A stretch of DNA of 64,000 bases from a virus: IMG/VR virus record IMGVR_UViG_3300042301_005010, positions 3,341 to 67,340 of that record; one strand, written 5' to 3'. Positions 44,357 to 54,997 of this stretch are shown piece after piece (position 1 is the stretch's first letter; every line of letters begins with the position of its first letter). The position numbers and the translations under genes were made by a program. Under the pieces are notes generated by a model that saw only the letters and a program-made list of their open reading frames with translations, made no database searches and was not told where the DNA came from.

Positions 44357-47300
44357 TTGACCCAGAGCGGTGGCGGCGGCGAGTACAGCCTTGGCACAGC
44401 CACGCTGACCCTGCGCGGCGACATGCAGCCGCTGGAGCGGGACCTGGCGCGCATGCGGCAGGTGATCGCCGACATGGAGAAGCGGGGCACCAACATCCCT
44501 GCCCCCAACATTTCACCGCCATCGCCAGAGGCCCAGCGCGGTTATGAGGGGCTCCTCAAGACCCTGGAGCGGATGCGGGGCGCTGCCCAGGGCGATGGGG
44601 AAGCGTTCAAGGCGTTGCAGGAGCAGCTTCGTGGTGCGGGCCAGGCAGCTGGCGCCGCTGGTGGTGCTGGTGGCTTCGGCGGTGCTGGCGACGCCTTGGG
44701 CGGCCTGCTTGGCATGGCCGGCAAGGCCATTCCGATGCTGGGTCAGCTGGGCCTGGCCGCCGGTGGAATCCAGGCGATCTTTGGGGGGGTGACCGGGGCA
44801 ATCAATGCCGTGCTGGGCCCGCTGCAGCAGCTATCGGCAGAGGCCGGCCGGCTCAACAAGCAGGTGGCTGAGGCGGGGATCTTCGCGGCGCAGTCGTTCG
44901 CGATCCTCGGCCCGGACGGGAAGCTGGTGGAGGGCACCGCCCGCCAGATGCAGATGGTGCGCGGCGCCATCCTCAAGGAATACAAGGGGATTCAGCAGGA
45001 GGTGGCCAACATCTCCGGCGCGACAGCTGGGGAGATCTACGAGGGCTTCAACATTGTCCTGAGCAACATCAGCAGCCTCGGCGCCAAAGGCACGACGGAG
45101 AACGCCGCCAAGTTGGCCACCAGGATTGCCGCCGGAATGAACACACTTGGCGTGCCTGGTTTTCAACTGCGGCAGGAGGTGAATGCCCTGATGATGGGCA
45201 ACATCGACCGCAACGCGATGATGGCCACCAAGCTGGGCATCAGCGGGGATGACGTGCGCCAGCAGCAGGCGCAGGGCACCTACTACGACTTCCTGATGGG
45301 GAAGCTGCAGAAGCTCTACGACGGCCAGAAGGTGCTGGCGCTCTCGCTGGCCAACATGAAGTCCAACTTCGACGACGTGAACGAGGCGATCTCCTCGGAA
45401 GCGGGGCAACCGCTGGAGCGCGACACGGCGACGATGATGCAGTCGATCCTGGTCACCTTCAAAAACCTGCAGCAAAGCTTCACCGGGTTCTTCAAGTCGA
45501 TCGCGGAAGCGGTGGGGCCGGTGATCAAGCTCTTCGGGCCGGTGGTGTCGATCCTGGTGTCGATCGGTGCGGCGGCCTCCTCGATCGGGCAGGTGATCAT
45601 GGATGTGGTCGGGACGGTCACGGCCGTGGTGGGCGGTGGCCTGATGCCAATCCTCACCGCAGTGGCGCGGACAGGTGAACTGATCGCTCGCGTGGTGGGG
45701 CTGGTGGCGGAGGCCATTGGAGCCGTGATCAACCCGATCAAGGCGCTTTTTAACGTGGGAGGCGACACGCAAACCGCCGCGGTGTCGAGCTTCTTCGATC
45801 AGATGTTCACCGGTCTGGACAAGGTGAGCGGCGCCATCGATTCGTTCAACCAGAAGTGGGCGGCGATGGTGCTCAACACCAACCTGGCGGCCGTGCGGGC
45901 AAACATGAAGCTGACCGGCAAGTCCGAGGAGGAGATCCAGGCAGCCCAAGACGACATGCGGGACCGGTACAAGCTCCAGAGCGGCCTCACGGAAGAGGTG
46001 CAGCTGCGCAGCCTCCAGGTGCCGCCGAACATCGTCACCCAGATGGAGGAGATGAACAACCGGCTAGGCATTGGTGCCGAGCGCGCCCTGAACATCTCCA
46101 AGGTCTGGTCGGACATCAAACAGAAGGCTTACCAGAACGAGATCAAGGCGCTGGAGCAGGGGGTGACCCTGATGAACAAGCAGAAGGAGATCGCCGAAGC
46201 AATGGCCGCCGTGGGCAACGCTCGCCGGGCCCTGGTGGGCCGCAGCTATGAACTGGGGGTGCAGGTGGCCGCCTCCCCTGAGGCGCGAGCTGCTGCTGAG
46301 GCCCGTCTCGCTGACCTCAAACTCTCCCAGGAGAAGGAGGCGATTGCCGAGCGTCGGGGGATCCTCCAAACGGAGCGGGATCTGCAGCAGCGGCAGATGG
46401 CGATCCAGCAGACCCAGATCAAGATCCAGCAGGAGCAGTTGAAGATTCAGGTGGCCGAGGCCCAGGCTGAGCAGGTCAAGGTGAGCAACGCCACTCAGGC
46501 GGTGTTGAAAGTCCGCGGCAACATGACGCCCGGCAGCGCGGAGTACCTGACGGCCACCAGGGAGCTGAACGTGCTGGCGGCAGAGCAGACCCGCAACAAC
46601 GCCAAGCTGAACGGCTCCAGGGAGGCCCTGCGCCTGGCCTTCCAGGCCGAGGCCCAACTGGGCACCATCAACGGCCTGGAAGCCCAGCGGCTTGGCCTGC
46701 AGGAGCAGCAGCTCGACATCCAGGGCCAGTCGGCGCAGTACACCAGGGAGCAGCAGGCCCTGATGGCACAGATCAGCGCCGCAGAGCAGAAGATCACCAA
46801 CGAGCTCACCCGGGCAACCAACATCCAGAACGAGAAGAAGCAGCGGCTGGAGGCGCAAACCGAAGAGATCAACCGCCAGCTCAATCTCCAGGAACAGCAG
46901 GGCCGGCTGGAGAAGGCCCGGGCCGACCTGGCTGCCACCCGGGCCAAGGCTGAGGTGCAGGCTGCGCAGCGGCTCGAGGAGGTGCAGGCGGCGCAGGATC
47001 GCGCCCGCAATGGTGGCGGCACGGCGTCGGTGATCGAGGCCCAGATTGCGGCGGCCGCGGCCGGCGTGACGGGAATGGAGACGGCGGCCGAGGTGCAGAA
47101 GCGCCTCTATGACGCCCGTGAGCAGCAGATGCAGCGGGAGCACCAGCTGCAGACCCGCCAGCTGGAGGTGCAGCAGATGCGGGAGAAGAGCGAGGTGCGG
47201 ATCCAGGAGCTGCAGTTGCGCGGGCAGCAGGTGGCCCTGGCGATCCAGCGGGCCCAGCTGGTCGCCGATCTTGGCCGGCTGGGGCTGAGCCAGAAGCGGG

Positions 47301-49522
47301 ATGCCCTGAGCCCGCAGCTAGCGGGGGCCAGCAGTGTGCCGAGGCTGGGGGGCGTTGCACAGCTCCCGGGCTCCATCAGTGGCCGGCTGGATGCTTCCGG
47401 CCAGAATGGTGCGGACATGCCGGTAGGGTCAAACAATGAAATGCGCAGTTACCACAATGGTGTAGTTGCCGAGATAGGCAGAGCAGGCAATAACGGAAAC
47501 TATGCCGTGATCAAGTTTGTTGACGACTTGGGCAACAAACTAGAGGCTACCTATAGCCACATGGCTGCAATCGTGAAGGTCGGTCAGCAAGTAGTTGGCG
47601 GGCAGGTGCTGGGCCGTTTTGATGGATCAGGCCGCACGTTTGGCGCACATAACAGTGTTGACATCAATAGCCCTGGGACGAATGGGGCTTTGCAGCGCAA
47701 TGCAGAAACGGCAGCCGCCCGCCGCAGCGCTGACCTTCTGGTTGCAGGCAGGGTGCAGGGCCAGGTCGTTGGTTCCAGTGTCGGCGCCCCTGTGCTGCCT
47801 CCGCCAAATACGAACCCGAAGCTGCTGAAGTACATGCAGGCGGCCCGAGCGGCTGGGTTCACCGGTGAGGACCTGATCAAGATGACGGCGGTGGGGATGG
47901 CGGAGAGCACCGGCAACCCTGGCGCCATCAACAACAACCCTGCCACCGGCGACCTGAGCTATGGGGCCTGGCAGGTGAACATGATCGGCGGCATGGGCCC
48001 CCAGCGGCGCCGGCAGTTCGGCCTGGCCAACAACGACGCCCTGCTCGACCTGCCCACCAATGCCCGAGTGGCTAAGAGCATCTTCGACAGCCAGGGGATC
48101 AATGCCTGGGGTGCGTACACCGATGGCCGCTACAAGCAGTACATGGGCCAGGCCCGTGCCGTGGCCCCCTCGGTGATGAGCAGTGGAGGTGCTGCAGCTG
48201 GCGTGAGCGGCATGGTGACGAGCACGGCCAACCAGGAACAGGCCCTCAAACAGGGATTGGAGGGCCTGAACCAGCAGGAGACGCGCCTCGCCAAGGCGCT
48301 GGAAGACCTATTGGCCTGGCTGGGGAAGCTGGGTGATGCCCAGTCGCTGGAGCAGGAGAGCCTCACCGAGCAGCAGCTGGCGGAGCGGGCCCAGTTCGAG
48401 TTCGAGCAGCGCAAGGCCCTGTTGACGGCCGAGGTGATGAAGACCTCCCAGGGCCAGCTGGGGCTGGCGGCTGGCGATGCGGTGAGCGGCAGCATCAGCG
48501 GCAGCCTGTCTGGCGCGATGCAGGCCCTGCTGAACGGCGGTGACGTGAAGCAGGCGGTGTCGGGCGCTCTGGCGCAGGCCGGCCAAGGGCTGATGCAGGC
48601 CACCATGGACGCCCTGCTGAGTCCCCTGCTGGCAGAGCTGCAGAAAGGGATCTTCAAGACCGTCACCGGGGTGGATGTCGAAGCGCTGGCGTTGCAGAAG
48701 GCTGGCGGTGATCTCAGTAAGGCGGCCTGGGACCTGAGCCAGGCAGGGGTGGCGCTGGCCGGCAAAGGCGGCACCGGGGCCGCGGCGACGAGTTTCGCCT
48801 CCAACCCCTTCGCTATTGCTGGCAAGCTCCTCGGTGGTGTTGGGGGCTTTTCCGGTGCCATGGGCCTGGACTTCGGCATCCCTGCCCTGACGGGAGTCCC
48901 AGATTTCTCCAGCGCCTTCACTCCTGGCCTGGCCGGTGGTGGAAATGTGCAGTACGGCCTCGACTACCTGGTGGGTGAAAAGGGCAGCGAGATCGTGCGG
49001 TTCAACAAGGACGGCGGCCGGGTCTACAGCAACCGTGCCCTCACCCAGGCCCTTGGCGTGCCGTTCCAGCGGGCACCAGGCGGTGGTGCTGCCGTGGCCG
49101 ATGGTGGCGGCGGTGACAGCCTTGGGGTGCCGTTCATGGCCGGCAGCATGCCCCGTGCCGCCGGTGGCGGCGGTGACGGCGGTGACAGCCTTGGGGTGCC
49201 GTTCATGGCCGGCAGCATGCCCCGTGCCGCCGGTGGCGGCGGTGACGGCGGTGAAAGCCTTGGGATCCCGTTTCTCAAAACCACAGGTGGCAATGGAGGA
49301 GTCCCCGGCGCCTCTGGCGGTGCTGGTGCCGGCCCTGCGGCCATGCCTCGATCCGCCCCGATCCGCCTCAGCGTCGAAAGCCAAGTCATCAACGGCGTTG
49401 AGTACGCCACCATCGAGCAGCTGCGAGAGGCCTCGGCGGCGGCTGCCCAGGCCGGCCGGGATTCGGCCTACGACGGCATGCGCAACAACCCCTCCATTCA
49501 GCGCTCGCTGGGGATGCGCTGA
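44357..49522 (+). CDS. Tape measure protein with M23-like and lytic transglycosylase domains
   Basis: 1721 aa helical; GNY..I...YSHM...VKVGQ.V..GQ.LG....G...G.H; AES.GNP.A.N...SYG.WQVN; GG.V....YLVGEKG.E. Confidence 0.92.
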   Translation: MTQSGGGGEYSLGTATLTLRGDMQPLERDLARMRQVIADMEKRGTNIPAPNISPPSPEAQRGYEGLLKTLERMRGAAQGDGEAFKALQEQLRGAGQAAGAAGGAGGFGGAGDALGGLLGMAGKAIPMLGQLGLAAGGIQAIFGGVTGAINAVLGPLQQLSAEAGRLNKQVAEAGIFAAQSFAILGPDGKLVEGTARQMQMVRGAILKEYKGIQQEVANISGATAGEIYEGFNIVLSNISSLGAKGTTENAAKLATRIAAGMNTLGVPGFQLRQEVNALMMGNIDRNAMMATKLGISGDDVRQQQAQGTYYDFLMGKLQKLYDGQKVLALSLANMKSNFDDVNEAISSEAGQPLERDTATMMQSILVTFKNLQQSFTGFFKSIAEAVGPVIKLFGPVVSILVSIGAAASSIGQVIMDVVGTVTAVVGGGLMPILTAVARTGELIARVVGLVAEAIGAVINPIKALFNVGGDTQTAAVSSFFDQMFTGLDKVSGAIDSFNQKWAAMVLNTNLAAVRANMKLTGKSEEEIQAAQDDMRDRYKLQSGLTEEVQLRSLQVPPNIVTQMEEMNNRLGIGAERALNISKVWSDIKQKAYQNEIKALEQGVTLMNKQKEIAEAMAAVGNARRALVGRSYELGVQVAASPEARAAAEARLADLKLSQEKEAIAERRGILQTERDLQQRQMAIQQTQIKIQQEQLKIQVAEAQAEQVKVSNATQAVLKVRGNMTPGSAEYLTATRELNVLAAEQTRNNAKLNGSREALRLAFQAEAQLGTINGLEAQRLGLQEQQLDIQGQSAQYTREQQALMAQISAAEQKITNELTRATNIQNEKKQRLEAQTEEINRQLNLQEQQGRLEKARADLAATRAKAEVQAAQRLEEVQAAQDRARNGGGTASVIEAQIAAAAAGVTGMETAAEVQKRLYDAREQQMQREHQLQTRQLEVQQMREKSEVRIQELQLRGQQVALAIQRAQLVADLGRLGLSQKRDALSPQLAGASSVPRLGGVAQLPGSISGRLDASGQNGADMPVGSNNEMRSYHNGVVAEIGRAGNNGNYAVIKFVDDLGNKLEATYSHMAAIVKVGQQVVGGQVLGRFDGSGRTFGAHNSVDINSPGTNGALQRNAETAAARRSADLLVAGRVQGQVVGSSVGAPVLPPPNTNPKLLKYMQAARAAGFTGEDLIKMTAVGMAESTGNPGAINNNPATGDLSYGAWQVNMIGGMGPQRRRQFGLANNDALLDLPTNARVAKSIFDSQGINAWGAYTDGRYKQYMGQARAVAPSVMSSGGAAAGVSGMVTSTANQEQALKQGLEGLNQQETRLAKALEDLLAWLGKLGDAQSLEQESLTEQQLAERAQFEFEQRKALLTAEVMKTSQGQLGLAAGDAVSGSISGSLSGAMQALLNGGDVKQAVSGALAQAGQGLMQATMDALLSPLLAELQKGIFKTVTGVDVEALALQKAGGDLSKAAWDLSQAGVALAGKGGTGAAATSFASNPFAIAGKLLGGVGGFSGAMGLDFGIPALTGVPDFSSAFTPGLAGGGNVQYGLDYLVGEKGSEIVRFNKDGGRVYSNRALTQALGVPFQRAPGGGAAVADGGGGDSLGVPFMAGSMPRAAGGGGDGGDSLGVPFMAGSMPRAAGGGGDGGESLGIPFLKTTGGNGGVPGASGGAGAGPAAMPRSAPIRLSVESQVINGVEYATIEQLREASAAAAQAGRDSAYDGMRNNPSIQRSLGMR
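49050..49273 (+). repeat. 69-bp in-frame tandem repeat (GGDSLGVPFMAGSMPRAAGGGGD)
   Basis: Two exact units (49109, 49178) plus partial flanking units. Confidence 0.9.
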
Positions 49523-49986
49523 TGATCGCCATCTGCGCCTACATCAGCTTCCAGGCCGTCGGTGTGCCGGTGCCTGGCTACGCCTGGCAAAACCTGTTCA
49601 CCGGCCAGACCCGCACCTATGACGGCCGCTCCCACGTGTTCCAGGCCTTCAGGATCTCGGACTCGGCCGGTGCCCGCGGCGGTGACCGCTCCCAGGGCCG
49701 GCTGGTATTGAACCGCAACCAGCTGGCCCTGAACGTGCTAGCCGAGGCCCGTGCCAACCAGTGGAAGATCCGCGCCGATGTCGTCCTCTGCGATGTTGCC
49801 GTCGGCAGTGACGTGCGCCTGCTGTCGCGGCACCTATGGCGGCTGGGCCCGATCGAGCGGCGGGAGATCATCACCGTCACCCTCACCTCTCCCCTGGATG
49901 CGCTCCGCGGCGATGCGCCGCGCCGAAGGCTGACCGAGGCGCTGGTGGGGCAGGTGCCCGACACCGGCCAGATCTTCCTCACCTGA
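49522..49986 (+). CDS. Minor tail protein (gpL-like position)
   Basis: Coupled to the TMP; L.SPLDA.....PRR. Confidence 0.6.
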   Translation: MIAICAYISFQAVGVPVPGYAWQNLFTGQTRTYDGRSHVFQAFRISDSAGARGGDRSQGRLVLNRNQLALNVLAEARANQWKIRADVVLCDVAVGSDVRLLSRHLWRLGPIERREIITVTLTSPLDALRGDAPRRRLTEALVGQVPDTGQIFLT

Positions 49987-50426
49987 TGGCCATGCCGCAC
50001 GCCAACCAGAGCGCACCCTGGATCCGCTATTTGGGGTTGCCCTACCGGTGGGGGGGGGATCCGGATCGCCATGGCGGCACCGACTGCCTGCGCCTCACCG
50101 TCGCCGTGCTGAATCTCTACGACGCGCCCCGGCCGGCGCTGATCAAGTGCGAGTGGTACGAGGCCGCCGGCCGGGGCCGCTGGAAGCCGCTGCTCGAGGA
50201 GCTCGCCACCGGCAGCAGCACAGTGCCCGGAGCCATGCCGCTGGATGTGGCCCTGCTCGCCGGCGGTGGACCGATAGCCCTGGGGGTGTGCGTGGCTGGA
50301 GGGGTGCTCACCACCTGCCAGGGGCAGGGCGTTCACTGGCGGCCGCTTGCGGCCTGCCGCGTGCGCCGCTGGTTTCGCTTCCTGCCGTCAGCCGTCACCG
50401 TTCCCGCGCCCATCTTGATCCTGTGA
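49986..50426 (+). CDS. NlpC/P60 tail-tip protein (gpK-like)
   Basis: YLGLPYRWGG.....G.DC. Confidence 0.75.
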   Translation: MAMPHANQSAPWIRYLGLPYRWGGDPDRHGGTDCLRLTVAVLNLYDAPRPALIKCEWYEAAGRGRWKPLLEELATGSSTVPGAMPLDVALLAGGGPIALGVCVAGGVLTTCQGQGVHWRPLAACRVRRWFRFLPSAVTVPAPILIL

Positions 50427-53400
50427 CGCGACACCCCCGCCCCCTGCCAGGTGATGCCTACCTGGCGCAGCTGCTCGGCTGGAGCGAAGACCAGCTGCTG
50501 CACTACCAGCTGGAACGTCAGCAGGCCGCGGCATTCGAGCTGACGCGGAATCCACCGATCGCCACCTGCGATCCCGGCACCCTGGCTGCGGTCTCGCTGG
50601 CCGTCAGCATCCTGTCGGCCGGTTACACCATCGTTTCCGCCCTGCTGGCGCCCAAGGGGCAGCCCGGCCGGGTCATCAGCAGTCAGCAACAGGGCGAGAC
50701 CATCGTTGATGGCGCCCGCTATTCCCCTCGGCCTGGCTTCGATTCGCTGCAGGAGGTGGCAAGGCTTGGCAGCCTGATTCCGATCACCTTTGCCAGGCGG
50801 GAGTACCTGCCGGCCCTGAATGGCAGGCCCGAGGGTTGGTACGGCGGCTGCCGCGTCGATCTTGGCCTGGTCTGGTCTCGGATGACCAGCCTGGGTGGTT
50901 CGCAGCTGTTCAGCGGCGTTTACGTGCTCGGCGAAGGGCCGATGGCGGAAATTGATCCGGCCGGTTTTGCGCTGGGCAACAACCTCTTGCTCTCCTACGA
51001 CCTGGGCAGCGCTGCCGCCAATGAGGCCGCGGCTCGCGTCACCCTCTACAGCCGCCTGAACGGGGGACGAATTCGATCCAGCGACCGCATCGCCGGTCGC
51101 CTGGCGGCCAACGACGTCGGCAATCTGGAAAACGCTGGTGGCGCTGATGTGTTTGAGGTGCGCAGCACCGGCGGCGTCATCCGTCCCGACGCCTGTGCTG
51201 CCTCTCGGCCCAGCAACTCCACAACCTGTGGCCTCTACGCCACCATGGGCAATGGCCTGGGGTTGCGGATCAATCCACAGCTGCGCCCCACCAGGCAATT
51301 CGCCACAAAGCCCCAGGGCACCAGTGGTGCACAGCGGATCGATCCGGCAGACGATCCGGTGGCCCTTGGCGCAGTGTGGAAGGGCCGCCTCATGTGGTCG
51401 GGTCGTTGTGGCGTCGTGGCGACATCCAGTGGCAGCACACCGGGAAGCATCACTCTCAGCGCTGGCGCCACGTTTGATTATCTGCTCTCTAACAGCACGG
51501 ATGCCAACACCAAACTACGGTTTGATAACACCAACACCGACATTGGTAGTAGCAGTGCCTTTCACGTCGAAACTGGCAGCGATGTAGCCGCAACAATCAG
51601 CGGTCGCCAACGATCGATTGATGACGCTTTGGTGCTGGGTGAAATCTATAAATGTGGTAGTTGCTTGGCAGTATTGCAGCAACGCTTCCCTGCGGACGAA
51701 ACATTCTCGTCTGATGGCGACAATCAACCGGTCGGCAATGGACTGTCGATCACAGCACGCTTTCGCGTCATAAAAGCTGGTGTTGTCACTGTCTCATCAG
51801 GAGCAGAGATCAATCCATCCACGACAGGAACAACGGCCTATCCCGCCCGAGTGGATGTGTCCAATAACTGGGACTGGACTTCATCTGTGGTTGACCCTGG
51901 GCCCCGCTATCCCAGCGGCACCAGCAGGGGGCATCTCCATCGCTGCGCCGTGGCTGATTTCACGCTGAACAAGCCGGCCAGGGTGATCGAGATCGGTCTG
52001 CGCAGCACGGTGGGCATTCGAGGCAGCGGGTTTGCCAACCTCAGGCAGGCGCCAACGTTGACCGAGATCAACCGCCTGGCCGGCGGTGAACGAGAAGGGC
52101 AGACGCTTGGGTCAGGGGCGAAGATCGGTATCGCTATCTATCAGGGTGGCGCCAGAAGTTTTGTAGAAGAGCGCTATTCCTTCATTCGTATCAGCTACCG
52201 GCCCGAGGGTGCCGCCACATTTGTGGAACTGCCCTCCATCTACGGTGTGCGAGGGCTGACCCAGCAGGCGCAGTACAACAGCCTGCAGCTGGAGCTTCCT
52301 GATGGCAGCCGCTGCGCACAGGTACGGCTTGAACCGCTCAGTGGCTGGGAGATCCGCTCTGGCGCCGCTGCTGGTCAGCTGGTGGTGCTCGATAGCCGCA
52401 TGGCCAGCCTGCAGACCGTGGTGGATGGCGCCTGCACCGTTCGCTATGCCGGCGAGGCCCCCTTCACCAGATCGGCCGATCGCTTTGCTCTGAAGTCGAT
52501 TGAGCCTGAACAGGATCTCGGCCTTGGCTGGACCGATGGCACGGCAATGACCGACCCCTGGGGGAAGGTGGCGGAAGCATTTGTCTACGAGGAGATCCAG
52601 AGCACGGCCAGCCAACGGCCTGAGCACGAAATTGCCTATATCAACGTCATCCAGACCAACGCCACCGCACCCACCTACGACGGCATTGCCGGGGTGGGCA
52701 TGAACATCCGCTCAGCCCTGGAGCTTCAGAGCGTCAACCAGCTATCAGCGCAGGTGATTGGCGGCCACATTTGTTCCCGCTACATCGAGGCCAACGAAGG
52801 GCCGACCCATCTGCTGCCAGACATCTTCACCCGGCTGGCGCTGAGCCCTGTTTTTGGCGCCGGGCAGGACGTGAGCGCCGAGCAGATCAATGCCGCCAGC
52901 TTCTTGGCGTCGGCGCAGTGGTGCTTTGACCGTCGCTATTTCTTCGATGGCACCCTGCCTCAGCCGGAAAACCTGCGGCAGTGGGCGGCCGATCAGGCGG
53001 GGCAGCATCTGCTGGCCTTCTATGAGCTCAATGGGCAGTTTTATTTCAAGCCGGCGCTGAGCTTTGATCCGGTGCCGATCGTTGACCTGTTCACAGCCGC
53101 CAATATCAAGGCAGGAACCTTCCAGAGCACCACCAGCGACGACGACCAGCGCCGACCGATCCAGGTGAGCGGGCTGTATCGGGAGGAGCGCAGCAACAAC
53201 GACCTGCTTTCTCCCGGTGTGTTCTCGACCGTGCGGGAGATCACGATTCGCGAGGCCTTGGGCAGCGACAGCGATCCGGTGGAACAGCTGGACATGAAGG
53301 CCAGCTGCACCAACCGCTGGCATTTGATCGATGCGGCCAAGTACCTGATCCGCTGGCGACGGCTGGTGGGCGATCCGATCAGCTTCGAGACCACCTATGC

Positions 53401-53809
53401 CGGCATGCTGCGGCCGATTGCCCCGGAGGACCACATCGCTGTGGCCTACGACGAGACGCTGCAAGACCTCTACAGCAACGGTGCCGTGATGCCCGACGGC
53501 ACCCTGGTGGCCTCTGAACCGCTGACCGACGGCAGCTATGAGGTGCTGGCCTGGGATGGCACCACCCCGCCGGGCCCCACGATTCAGTCGCTGGTGGTCA
53601 GCGGCGGCGGCACCAGGGGCAACCTGTTGGGCTCCCAGTGGACCCGCCTTGCCGCCCCCCAGGTGCGCACCTTTCGGGTGATGCGCGTCAACCCCACCGA
53701 TGACGGCCGGCAGAAGATCGAGGCGGTGCTGATGCCAACCGCTGCAGATGGCCGCCTGCTGCTTTCCCTAGATTGGGATGAGCCCACCGCCTGGGTGATC
53801 CGCGGCTGA
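50423..53809 (+). CDS. Tail tip/central fibre protein (gpJ-like)
   Basis: Size; LG..IP..F, LGEG and FFDG motifs; synteny. Confidence 0.75.
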   Translation: MTRHPRPLPGDAYLAQLLGWSEDQLLHYQLERQQAAAFELTRNPPIATCDPGTLAAVSLAVSILSAGYTIVSALLAPKGQPGRVISSQQQGETIVDGARYSPRPGFDSLQEVARLGSLIPITFARREYLPALNGRPEGWYGGCRVDLGLVWSRMTSLGGSQLFSGVYVLGEGPMAEIDPAGFALGNNLLLSYDLGSAAANEAAARVTLYSRLNGGRIRSSDRIAGRLAANDVGNLENAGGADVFEVRSTGGVIRPDACAASRPSNSTTCGLYATMGNGLGLRINPQLRPTRQFATKPQGTSGAQRIDPADDPVALGAVWKGRLMWSGRCGVVATSSGSTPGSITLSAGATFDYLLSNSTDANTKLRFDNTNTDIGSSSAFHVETGSDVAATISGRQRSIDDALVLGEIYKCGSCLAVLQQRFPADETFSSDGDNQPVGNGLSITARFRVIKAGVVTVSSGAEINPSTTGTTAYPARVDVSNNWDWTSSVVDPGPRYPSGTSRGHLHRCAVADFTLNKPARVIEIGLRSTVGIRGSGFANLRQAPTLTEINRLAGGEREGQTLGSGAKIGIAIYQGGARSFVEERYSFIRISYRPEGAATFVELPSIYGVRGLTQQAQYNSLQLELPDGSRCAQVRLEPLSGWEIRSGAAAGQLVVLDSRMASLQTVVDGACTVRYAGEAPFTRSADRFALKSIEPEQDLGLGWTDGTAMTDPWGKVAEAFVYEEIQSTASQRPEHEIAYINVIQTNATAPTYDGIAGVGMNIRSALELQSVNQLSAQVIGGHICSRYIEANEGPTHLLPDIFTRLALSPVFGAGQDVSAEQINAASFLASAQWCFDRRYFFDGTLPQPENLRQWAADQAGQHLLAFYELNGQFYFKPALSFDPVPIVDLFTAANIKAGTFQSTTSDDDQRRPIQVSGLYREERSNNDLLSPGVFSTVREITIREALGSDSDPVEQLDMKASCTNRWHLIDAAKYLIRWRRLVGDPISFETTYAGMLRPIAPEDHIAVAYDETLQDLYSNGAVMPDGTLVASEPLTDGSYEVLAWDGTTPPGPTIQSLVVSGGGTRGNLLGSQWTRLAAPQVRTFRVMRVNPTDDGRQKIEAVLMPTAADGRLLLSLDWDEPTAWVIRG

Positions 53810-54120
53810 TGGCGATGCTCCCCAACCCTTGCAAGACGATGCCGATAGCCACGCCGAGCCGCCTGATCACGGCGATGAATATCTTGGCCGACAGTTTTTT
53901 TGACCACAGAAACAAAGGGGAAGGGATAGGTTTCACTACCCCGCTTGCCGATGGTCTGCGCCCTATCGAACTAGGCGACCATCTTCTTGTTGCTTACGAA
54001 GAAGGACTGGAGCCACAGAAATGTCGGCCTTTGCTCTATCGCACGACATTGGTGGAAATGGTTGAATACGGCATGCAACGGATCAACGCTCTCCCTGTTC
54101 CTGAATCAGCTGATACCTGA
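53809..54120 (+). CDS. Hypothetical protein inserted in the tail operon
   Basis: TGATG coupling on both sides; lower GC. Confidence 0.5.
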   Translation: MAMLPNPCKTMPIATPSRLITAMNILADSFFDHRNKGEGIGFTTPLADGLRPIELGDHLLVAYEEGLEPQKCRPLLYRTTLVEMVEYGMQRINALPVPESADT

Positions 54121-54539
54121 TGCCGATCCTCTTCCCGGCCATCGAACCCACCGCCTTTGCGTTCGTGATGCCCCGCCATCCGATTACCAGCGCGGTGTCG
54201 GAGGCCGGGATCGAGGATCAGCGTCTGTGGGGCACGGTGGCAGTCAACGGGGCCCTGGAGCTGGAGTTCGGGAACATCAGCACCTCCCAGGCAACGAAGA
54301 TCCTCTCCACCTTCCGTCAGAGCTACTCCGGCCTGCTGCCCCTGACGCTGCCAGACATCCTTTTCGCCGGAGTGACGGCGGATTACAAAGCCTTCATCGA
54401 ATCGGTCACCACCGGCGCCGGCCTGCGCTGGTTCTGGCCCCTCGGCCAGGGCGCACCCACCCCCAGGAGCTCGCTCACTTTCCGCCACCGCTGCACACTG
54501 CCGGTGCAACTGCAGGCCCGGCTGCAGAACAGTCCGTAG
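54120..54539 (+). CDS. Minor tail protein (distal-tail-like)
   Basis: FP.I.P, L.L.F.NI, W.W pattern. Confidence 0.55.
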   Translation: MPILFPAIEPTAFAFVMPRHPITSAVSEAGIEDQRLWGTVAVNGALELEFGNISTSQATKILSTFRQSYSGLLPLTLPDILFAGVTADYKAFIESVTTGAGLRWFWPLGQGAPTPRSSLTFRHRCTLPVQLQARLQNSP

Positions 54540-54595
54540 GCCCTGGGCCGATGGCCCTGCCTAGCCTCCTGATGTGGCCATGAGCTGAATCAGGG

Positions 54596-54994
54596 ATGGG
54601 CGTCCGGAATACAACCCAGAGCGACGTGTATTGGAACGGCTCGCTGGTGGGCAAGATCACGGACGTCAGTGTCTCCGTCTCCCGCGACATCCTGCCCACC
54701 ACCGGAGTGGGCCAGGTCGCCAGCACCAGCACCAAGGGCATGCGCGAATCGCAGATCAGCTGCACCCTGCTCTACGACCCGGACAACGCCCCAGCGGTGT
54801 CGATGGCGAACAGCATCTGGGACGACAGCGACGATGTCGATACCCTCCGCGTTGTCACCCGCCGGGGGTCGACCCGCGGCGACTTCACCATGAATGTCCT
54901 CAGCGCCTCCCTCGGCACCCCGGTGCGCGTGCGGGAGCTCATCTCCTGCTCGATGTCGCTGACCGTCAACGGCGATATGAGCGGCCGGTTCTGA
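54596..54994 (+). CDS. Tail-tube-fold minor protein
   Basis: Beta-rich; TT.VG, LYDP. Confidence 0.55.
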   Translation: MGVRNTTQSDVYWNGSLVGKITDVSVSVSRDILPTTGVGQVASTSTKGMRESQISCTLLYDPDNAPAVSMANSIWDDSDDVDTLRVVTRRGSTRGDFTMNVLSASLGTPVRVRELISCSMSLTVNGDMSGRF

Positions 54995-54997
54995 GCC

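Noticed and set aside
50048-50422. N-terminal extension of the tail-tip ORF
   Set aside because: It overlaps the NlpC/P60 gene; GTG 50423, coupled to that gene's stop, is the better start.
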